In this document: positions 51,550 to 58,829 of the stretch, piece by piece
Layout: every line of letters begins with the position of its first letter
Numbering within the stretch: the first letter of the stretch is position 1
Assembly (NCBI GenBank): GCA_963822945.1
Contig: CAWGJO010000022.1
Span: forward strand, 27,891-91,890
DNA: 64,000 nt
Origin: an uncultured Gemmatimonadaceae bacterium
Lineage (GTDB): Bacteria > Gemmatimonadota > Gemmatimonadetes > Gemmatimonadales > Gemmatimonadaceae
Direction of reading: 5' to 3'
Translations under genes and position numbers: made by a program
Notes under the pieces: model-generated
Told to the model about the DNA's origin: nothing
The model's input: only the letters and a program-made list of their open reading frames with translations
Database searches by the model: none

Positions 51550-53304
51550 TCAGTCGGGCGACGGGCCGGTGGGGCGGGGCGGGCGGCGGAGGCTCAGCAG
51601 CATCTCGCGCCCGAGCAGCCGCAGAATTCCACCCAGCCGGAAGTTCCGGACAAAGGCGCCGGGCGGGAACAGCTCCGCCTTGGCATTCACCGTGTCCTCG
51701 GAATAGGCACGCACGTCGCCGAGCAGTTCGCGGTGCAACTCGGGGTCGAGGGCGCGGCCGCCCGCCTCGACGAAACGGCGGCGCAGCGCCCGCGCGCCCT
51801 GCATCCGGGCCGCCACCGCCCTGGCCTGTGCGGCGTCGATGCGCCCGTACTGCTGTTTGAGGGTGTTCAGCCGCTCGGCGCCGTCGTACGTGGCGTCGAC
51901 GATCGTGGCGCGCGACATCTCGTCGGTGGAGTAGTTCAGGAACGATTCCCAGTCCCGCCCGTTCTCCAGCAGCGCGCGATGCTCGGCCAGGGTGTGGGCC
52001 CGCAGCCGGTAGCCCTGCGCCTCGGCGTGCTCGAAGCCCTCGCTGCCCGGGTCGATGAACGGCCCCATGGGCGTGATGAACGCCGAGAGCCGACGGTCGA
52101 AGCGCTGGAAGAGCCCTTCGATGGCGTCGGTCATCTGCATCACGTTGTCGTACGTCTGCCCGGGGAGGCCGATCATGAAGAACATGTCCAGATTCTCGCA
52201 TCGGAGCTCGAGCATGCGCGCAATGCCGGCTTCGAGCTCGGCGTTCGTGTAGCTGGCCTTCCCCAGCCGCGCGCGCACGGCCTCGTCGTGGCTCTCGGGG
52301 GAGAGCTCGGCGCCCCAGTGCGGAATCCGGTCGTCGATGCGGCGCAGCAGGTCGGCCGGCGGCGGCTCGAAGAATTCGAAGATGATGCGGTTGGTCACCG
52401 GGCGGCGGCCGATCGCCTCGACCACGGCATGGGCGTACTCAGCGCCGCCGTCGTTGATGTCCCCCACCAGGAACACCGGCGCGCGGGTGAACGAGGCGAA
52501 CTGCCGGATCTGCGCCGCGATCGCCTCGGGGCTGCGGAGCAGGGGATGGTGCGCCTGCATGAAGCGCCTGAATGCTTCGTTGGACGCACCGCACGTGACG
52601 CACCCGCGGGCGCAGCCGCGCACGGTGAGCACGGCGGTGATCGGGTGCCGCCACCAGGCGTGGAAGGGAATGCTCGTCCAGAAGTCGAGGTGCCCGACCA
52701 CCGACCCGATGATCATCCCGGCGTCGAGATCGTACGGGTCGAGCGCCGGCGGCGCGAACGAGGCCGGATTCACGCGCACCTGCCCGTGGTCCTTCCAGGT
52801 CAGGTTGGGCACGCGCTCGAAGCGCCGCTCTCCCTCCAACTCGCGCACCAGCGCCAGCAGGCACGGTTCGGTGACGCTGCCGCGCAGCACGAAGTCCACG
52901 GCGGGGTCCTGGATCAGCTCCTCGTGGAAGTAGCTGGCCGAGATGCCACCGAAGACGATCGGAATGTCGGGGTGGAGCCGCTTGAGCAGCTTCGCGATCG
53001 CGGGACCGCCCTGGGCGTGCGGCAGCCAGTGGAGGTCGATGCCGAACAGCGTGGGGCGGAAGCGGGACAGGAACCGTTCGACGTCGAACCGGCGGCTCCG
53101 CATCATTCGGAGTGCCAGGTTCACGATCCGCGTGCGGTACCCGTGGCGGCGCAGATACGCCGCCAGCGTGGCGAACCCGATCGGATACATCTCGAAGATC
53201 GGCGTCGATGGGATGACGTCGCTGATCGGACCGTAGAAGATGGTCCGGTCGCGGAAATCGAAGATGCTCGGCGGGTGGATGAGGACGACGTCCGGCTGAC
53301 TCAC
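51550..53304 (-). CDS. Cobalamin-binding domain/radical SAM protein (resembles Ta0216/TIGR04190 family)
   Basis: N-terminal GPISDVIPSTPIFEMYPIGF and GIDLHWLPH B12-domain motifs; RGCARGCVTC radical SAM motif; FFMIGLPGQ; family assignment is from recall of these motifs. Confidence 0.85.
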   Translation of the reverse strand: MSQPDVVLIHPPSIFDFRDRTIFYGPISDVIPSTPIFEMYPIGFATLAAYLRRHGYRTRIVNLALRMMRSRRFDVERFLSRFRPTLFGIDLHWLPHAQGGPAIAKLLKRLHPDIPIVFGGISASYFHEELIQDPAVDFVLRGSVTEPCLLALVRELEGERRFERVPNLTWKDHGQVRVNPASFAPPALDPYDLDAGMIIGSVVGHLDFWTSIPFHAWWRHPITAVLTVRGCARGCVTCGASNEAFRRFMQAHHPLLRSPEAIAAQIRQFASFTRAPVFLVGDINDGGAEYAHAVVEAIGRRPVTNRIIFEFFEPPPADLLRRIDDRIPHWGAELSPESHDEAVRARLGKASYTNAELEAGIARMLELRCENLDMFFMIGLPGQTYDNVMQMTDAIEGLFQRFDRRLSAFITPMGPFIDPGSEGFEHAEAQGYRLRAHTLAEHRALLENGRDWESFLNYSTDEMSRATIVDATYDGAERLNTLKQQYGRIDAAQARAVAARMQGARALRRRFVEAGGRALDPELHRELLGDVRAYSEDTVNAKAELFPPGAFVRNFRLGGILRLLGREMLLSLRRPPRPTGPSPD

Positions 53305-53406
53305 TGCGCATGCCCTCCCGCCGCCCGTATGCGGCCCCGTTGCCCGGGCCGGTTTGGGCGGCGGATCCTCCGCCGTCCGCCCGTCCGCGTCAGAATCCGG
53401 GGGACG

Positions 53407-55419
53407 TCAATTCCCCTTGCCCGGCGTCGGTGTTGCCGACCGCACCGAGCCCATGGCCGGCACCCGGTGGCAGGTCTCGCACGCCCGCTTCGGATAGTGG
53501 TTCGTCCGCGTCGCGTGGCACGCGGTGCAGATGGGCCGGCTCCAGCGGTTCAGGTTCGGCACCGTCTTGTGGCACGAACTGCACGCCACGTGATCGGTGA
53601 CCTTGTGCTTGGCGAGCGCGCCGCCGCGGTGACAGCTCAGACAGGCCGTCTGCGGCTGGTGGTGCTGCTCGTGGCAGTTGTCGCAATCCAGCGTCCGGGC
53701 GCTCATCAGCGGCGCCGTGTGGCAGGCCTTGCACTCGAGGTTCGCGGCCACGTGCGCGCCGTGCGAGAAGTCGCCCTTCGCCAGGTGGAACGTGTCCGTC
53801 GGCGCCCCGCCGGGGCCGGCGTGGCAGCGGGCGCAGTTGGCCACCGGCTGCACGACGGGGTGGTGGCAATTGTCGCAGCTCGCGGCGGAGCGGAGCGTGA
53901 TGCCGCCGTGCTGCGCGAACGGCGTGTGGCAGGTGCTGCACTGCATCCCGCCCTGCAGCACGTGCTTGGCGTGGTCGAAGCCGCGCCCATCGAACGTGCC
54001 CTTCTGCTGTTCGACGCCCAGATGGCACTGCAGGCACTGGTTCTCGCTCACCGGCGGCCCCAGATCCAGGGCCGGCATGCGATACGGCACGCCGGCGTCC
54101 TTCACGGCCTGGCGCACGAGGCTCACCGAGGCCCGGAGGAGCTGATCGGCGTACACGATGTTGTGCGCGCCCTTGCCGGCGCGGACGAACTCCACGTTCT
54201 CCTGGGCCATGCCGAGCAGGCTGTCGGCCCGGTTCCGGCTGCGCAGCGGCAGCGTCGAGGCGGCCGACTGCGCGGCCTGTACGATCGGGCCGACCAGCTG
54301 GACCTTGCGCTCCATCTGGCGCTCCCAGCCGGGCAGCACGTTGGCGTACTTGATGCCGTGGCACGACATGCACGCCGCGCCGCTGGCTACGTTCACCGTG
54401 TCGTGCCCCGGCAGCTTGGAGGCCTGGTTGTGGCAGGCCACGCAGGCCACGCGCGCCGCGTACATCTGGCTCGGGGTCTGCTTCACGCCGTGGCCGCCGA
54501 TGCCGGCGTACAGCTTCTGCTCGTCCTTGTGCACGGCGGAGTGGCAGCTCTTGCAGTCCAACTCCACCGTCGTCGTGAGCGCCACGATGCGGTGGTCGAG
54601 CGCCGTGTGGCACTGGATGCACGCGATGTTGTGCGTCGAGACGTGCACCTTGTGCAGCATCGTCGGGTTGTCGAACTGCGCCAGCCGCGCCGGTTCGTTG
54701 TGGCAGCTCACGCAGCGCGCGCGATCCGCCGTGCCCGTGCCCTGCGTCACCTGGTTGTGGCACGACAGGCAGTCGACGCGGTCCTTGACGTACTGGGCGT
54801 GGTCGATGACGTAGCCTTCGGGCGAGGTGACCGTGGGCGGCGACGGGTGGCACCCGATGCAGCCGCCGATCGGCTGGCCGGCCGGACGCCCCTTGAAGTG
54901 ACAGAGGAAGCACGTGCCTTCGGTGACCGCGATGTGCGTGCCCTGCACGATCTGCGAGTGGCAGCTGGTGCAGTGCAGCTGCATCCCCTCGCGGACCTCG
55001 CCCAGATGCTTCGTGTGGTCGAACGTCACGCCCTTGAAGGCGACGCGGCCCTCGATCAACCGGTCGGTGTGGCACCCGGAGCGCAGGCACGAGGCGTCCT
55101 CGATCTCGGCCCAGGGACGGGTCTTGGTGGCGCCGGTGAAGTCCTTCACCACCATGTTGGCCGCCTGGAACTTCTTCATCGCCTCGGCCTTCACGCCCGG
55201 GGCGATGTGGCACTTGATGCAGGCCACGTTGCGGTGCGTGGAGGTCTTCCAGGAGTCGTAGTACGGCTTCATGATGTGGCAGCTGCCACAGAACCACGGC
55301 TGACTCGAGACCTGCACGAACGTGACCGTGCCCACGGTCACGAGAATGATCGAGAGGATGCCGACGGGAATGAGGATGCGGGCCAGTCGCGAGATGCGCC
55401 GGCGGACGGCGGGTGACAT
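53407..55419 (-). CDS. 22-heme cytochrome c with N-terminal NapC/NrfH-like membrane-anchored module
   Basis: N-terminal TM helix, SSQPWFCGSCHIM (CxxCHxM), SWKTSTHRNVACIKCH; 21 CxxCH plus one CX4CH (CLRSGCH); GKGAHN bundle. Confidence 0.92.
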   Translation of the reverse strand: MSPAVRRRISRLARILIPVGILSIILVTVGTVTFVQVSSQPWFCGSCHIMKPYYDSWKTSTHRNVACIKCHIAPGVKAEAMKKFQAANMVVKDFTGATKTRPWAEIEDASCLRSGCHTDRLIEGRVAFKGVTFDHTKHLGEVREGMQLHCTSCHSQIVQGTHIAVTEGTCFLCHFKGRPAGQPIGGCIGCHPSPPTVTSPEGYVIDHAQYVKDRVDCLSCHNQVTQGTGTADRARCVSCHNEPARLAQFDNPTMLHKVHVSTHNIACIQCHTALDHRIVALTTTVELDCKSCHSAVHKDEQKLYAGIGGHGVKQTPSQMYAARVACVACHNQASKLPGHDTVNVASGAACMSCHGIKYANVLPGWERQMERKVQLVGPIVQAAQSAASTLPLRSRNRADSLLGMAQENVEFVRAGKGAHNIVYADQLLRASVSLVRQAVKDAGVPYRMPALDLGPPVSENQCLQCHLGVEQQKGTFDGRGFDHAKHVLQGGMQCSTCHTPFAQHGGITLRSAASCDNCHHPVVQPVANCARCHAGPGGAPTDTFHLAKGDFSHGAHVAANLECKACHTAPLMSARTLDCDNCHEQHHQPQTACLSCHRGGALAKHKVTDHVACSSCHKTVPNLNRWSRPICTACHATRTNHYPKRACETCHRVPAMGSVRSATPTPGKGN

Positions 55420-55423
55420 GTCC

Positions 55424-56686
55424 CTACCCGTCCCGGCGGACGTCGCCCGCTCTGCGGAGCGCCCGCAGGGCCAGCCACGCCAGCACGACGGCCGAGAGCG
55501 ACAGGAACCACACCGGCACGAGCAGCAGCTTGTGCTCCCACCGGTCGTCGCGCGCGGTGCTCGCCGCGTCGTTCAGGTCCACCGAGACCGAACTCACCTT
55601 GCGGGCGAGGTCGTTCACCCGCTCGAGGTCCAGGCTGTGCTGGGCCTGCGCGATCTGCTTGTAGTACGTGAGCGCGGACTGGTAGCGGAACCGGTAGTAG
55701 CCCACCTGGCGGCCCTCGCGCGCCATCTCGTCCACCGCGTCCCGCGCCGAGGCGATGTCCAGGCTGGCCTGCTTCACGCTTCGCTGCAGGTCCACGCCCA
55801 TCTGGTGCAGCCGTGAGTCGGCGGCGTGGCACTGGTCGCACGTCGCGCCGATCTTGTCGATTGCCACGCGTTCCGTGCTGTGATTCTGGTGGCAGCCCAG
55901 GCACCCGTGCAGCTTGCCCCGTTCGGACGCGGCGCCGTGCGGCCCCGACTCGAAGGCCTGATCCACCAGGGCGTGGCACTGCCCGCAGACGCTGGCCACC
56001 TCGGTGCCCGTGGGCGGCAGCGCGGAGTGCGCGCCGTGGCACGCGATGCACGTGGGCGCCGCGAAGTTCTGCTTCTGGAAGAGCGCCACGCCGTGCGCGC
56101 TGTTCTGGAACTGGTCGAGCTGGTCCGTGCGCAGGTGGTACTTCGCCATCAGCTTGGCGTCCGAGTGGCAGCGCGCGCAGGTGGCCGGAATGTTGGTCGG
56201 GTAGACCTGGCTGCGGGCGTCGTACGGCGGATAGATGACGTGCGTGCCGTGGCAGTCGGTGCAGGTGGGCGCGTCGGTGTTGTGCTGGCCGAACAGCAAC
56301 TGGCCGTGCTTGCTCGTCCGGAACTGCGACAGCTGACCGGTCGGCAGCCCGTACTCGCGCATCTTGTTGGGATCGGAGTGGCAGGAGCCGCACAGCTGCG
56401 CCGTCTGCAGCTTGTTCGGCGTGCCGATGAAGTGGCCCTGATGCGCCGCCGGCAGGGTTCGCACGCTGGCGTTGCCGCCATGGCAATCCACGCAGCGGAT
56501 GCCGTGCTGCGAGTGCACGCCTTCGGTGGCGGCCTGGCGTTGCGCGGCGTGGCAGGCGAGGCAGCCGTTGGTCGAGTCCACGCCCATCGTGACACCGCCG
56601 GGCATCGGTACCTGCGCGCGCCCGGAGGCCGGCAGGACAAAGAGCGCGGCGAGGCTCAGCGCGATGGCGATCACGGCGCGTCTCAT
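55424..56686 (-). CDS. 9-heme periplasmic cytochrome c with C-terminal membrane anchor
   Basis: Signal MRRAVIAIALSLAALFVLPASGRAQ; 9 CxxCH counted; helical stalk then TM LLLVPVWFLSLSAVVLAWLAL. Confidence 0.9.
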   Translation of the reverse strand: MRRAVIAIALSLAALFVLPASGRAQVPMPGGVTMGVDSTNGCLACHAAQRQAATEGVHSQHGIRCVDCHGGNASVRTLPAAHQGHFIGTPNKLQTAQLCGSCHSDPNKMREYGLPTGQLSQFRTSKHGQLLFGQHNTDAPTCTDCHGTHVIYPPYDARSQVYPTNIPATCARCHSDAKLMAKYHLRTDQLDQFQNSAHGVALFQKQNFAAPTCIACHGAHSALPPTGTEVASVCGQCHALVDQAFESGPHGAASERGKLHGCLGCHQNHSTERVAIDKIGATCDQCHAADSRLHQMGVDLQRSVKQASLDIASARDAVDEMAREGRQVGYYRFRYQSALTYYKQIAQAQHSLDLERVNDLARKVSSVSVDLNDAASTARDDRWEHKLLLVPVWFLSLSAVVLAWLALRALRRAGDVRRDG

Positions 56687-57959
56687 CGGGCGCCCCCCGT
56701 GCTCGGAGTGGTCGGTGGCATTGGGGTGAAGCGCGGGAGCGTGGGGCCGGGCGGGGTCAGCGGCTGGGTCACGGGCGTGAGTTCGCCCGACTCCGCGATC
56801 GGCACCGAGCGCAGCTGCCACCCGGCCACCCAGGCAACGGCGAAGCCGAGGAAGAAGACCACGCCGAGGGTCGCCACCATCGGCCGCTTTCTCAGCCGGC
56901 GTTCGGGCGAGCGGTCGAACAGCGGCAGCAGCACCATCACGGCGCCCAGCAGCACGAATCCGGCAAAGCCCCACGCGCCCAGGTAGTAGATCAGCGCCCG
57001 CGAGACGTCGGCCACGATCCACGTGGAGCGCAGCGACTCGGGCACGCGCGCCGGATTGGCCGGCGCCGCCACGTCGCGCGGATACAGCGCCGCGGCGGTG
57101 ATCACCAGCGTCAGCACCATCACGCCCACGATCAGCGACCGCAGGAAGTGATGCGGGGAAGAAGGGCACGCCCGATTCGTCGTCGGCGCCCACGTCCTCG
57201 GCTCGCCACGAGCCGGCGGCGCGACGCCGTGCTTGCGCACGAGCGTGAAGTGCAGCACCAGCAGCGCCAGCGCGAGCCAGGGCAGCACGATCACGTGCAG
57301 GGCGAAGAAGCGGCTCAGCGTGGCGCCCGACACGAGCGGGTCGCCGCGGAAGAGTCTCCACCAGCGCGCCGCCCACCAGCGGCACGTGGCCGAGCACGCC
57401 CAACCCCTCCGTCACCGTCCAGTACGCCCACTGATCCCAGGGCAGCAGGTAGCCGGTGGCGCCGAACGCGAAGATCACGAACAGCAGCAGCAGCCCCACC
57501 AGCCAGTTCGTCTCGCGCGGCGGCTTGTAGGACGCGTCGAAGAACACGCGCCCCATGTGCACCAGCGCCGCGATCACGATCAGGTTGGCCGCCCCAGACG
57601 TGCGCGTCGCGCATCAGCCAGCCCATGGTCACACCCGAGACGATGTGCTGGATGCTCTGGTACGCCTCTTCCGCCGACGGGCGGTAGTAGAACGAGAGCA
57701 GCACGCCCGTGACCACGAGCACCATGAACAGCAGGTACGTGATGCCGCCGAAGGCCTGCCGCCATCCGGCGTGCCGCGACAGCCGGTGATTCAGCGACTT
57801 CTGGAAGGCCTGGTCGATGGGCAGCCGCGTGTCGATGCGCCCGTAGAGCAATCCGACGAACCGCAGCATGGCGAGCAGACTGGCGTCGGTGCTGGCCTTC
57901 AGGTCTTCCCAGAAACGCCGGCTCCACGCCGTGATCGCCGTCCATGCACGTCCGAGCAT
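56683..57959 (-). CDS. bc-complex-type cytochrome b (b6 + subunit IV fused), PEWY-less; frameshifts near 57595, 57352 and 57160-57205
   Basis: FGG..TG..L..YY.P, RDAHVWGANL, LVHMGRVF, NWLVG, TGYLLPWDQ, ATLSRFFALHV..LHF, PANP..P and LPLFDRSPER. Confidence 0.88.
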
Positions 57960-57960
57960 G

Positions 57961-58429
57961 TTATGGCCTCCCCACGTAGACGACGGAATCGCGGACGAAC
58001 ACCGGGAAGCGCTGCAGCGGCACCGTCGTCAGGCCGCGCACCACGTTGCCCTGCAGGTCGTACACGATGTAGCTGCACGGGGAAAGCACGCGCAACGAGG
58101 TCTGGTCCCAGTTCAGAATGCAGCCGTCGGCGGGCGACGCACCCTGCACGCCCGAGTACGACTGTTCGCCGGTTCGGACGACGAGGATGACCTGCTCGCC
58201 CCAGTCCACCACCCGGCTGGCGCCCACCGGAAACTGCGCCACGGGCGCCACGACGAACGCCGGCTGCAGTTCCGCGAGTTGCAGGCGTTCCGGGGGGCAG
58301 CAGATACAGGAAGCCAATCAGGGCGGCTGCGACCACCATCAGGACGACGATGCCGCCAAGCAGATATTCGCTGAAGCCGGCTTCCCACGGCGTATTGCCG
58401 CCGTCCGACTCCGTGGTTGGGGATGTCAC
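57961..58429 (-). CDS. Rieske-fold protein lacking [2Fe-2S] ligands (pseudo-Rieske); homopolymer frameshift at 58292-58297
   Basis: TM anchor ending FLYLLPP, then FPVGASRVV..VILVVR..YSGV-QGA-SPADGC-ILNWD..L-SPCSYI-VYDLQGNVVRG..PL..F.V..V.V, colinear with Rieske domains; immediately precedes cytochrome b. Confidence 0.8.
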
Positions 58430-58640
58430 GACCGCTCCGCTCCACGCAAGCGAGATCTCATCGCTCCGTTCCGGAATGAAAGTGCACGCACGAATTCCAT
58501 CGGCGCCTCGGGCAGCGTCCGGGGCTCCCCGACATCGGGGGGCCTGGCGTTGTCCTCCGGCTTTCGCGGCTGAACCTACCGGTCGCCCGACGGTCATGTG
58601 TCGGGAAACTCCTGAATCTGTGTAGGGCCGGCTGCCACTG

Positions 58641-58829
58641 TCACTCAGGGTGTTCATGGGGGGTCGGGGTATCGGTTGGGGGCTTCCGTTCCTCGTCGTC
58701 GTGGAGCATGCGGACCGCCGGCGTGTCCAGGTCGTCGAACTGCCCCTGGTTGGCCGCCCAGACGAACGCGGCCACCGCGGCGCCCACGACGAGCAGCGCC
58801 AGCGGCACGACGATGTAGATAACGCTCAT
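58641..58829 (-). CDS. ccoS: cbb3-type cytochrome oxidase assembly protein CcoS/FixS
   Basis: MSVIYIVVPLALL..AFVWA..GQFDDLDTPA.RML.DD. Confidence 0.92.
   Translation of the reverse strand: MSVIYIVVPLALLVVGAAVAAFVWAANQGQFDDLDTPAVRMLHDDEERKPPTDTPTPHEHPE

Noticed and set aside
53305..53406. Possible cobalamin riboswitch upstream of the B12 radical SAM gene
   Set aside because: Only a GC hairpin (GGCGGA..TCCGCC) is visible; no B12-box consensus recognised and the spacer is short. An Infernal/Rfam scan would settle it.
51733..55416. 1227-aa plus-strand ORF, and similar long ORFs at 30745..33660, 21772..24468 and 58856..61531
   Set aside because: Antisense shadows of well-supported genes in high-GC DNA; no motifs.
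55424..57577. Apparent cytochrome b-multiheme fusion (717 aa ORF)
   Set aside because: Produced by frameshifts; cytochrome b ends at 56683 and the 9-heme protein has its own ATG (56686) and signal peptide.
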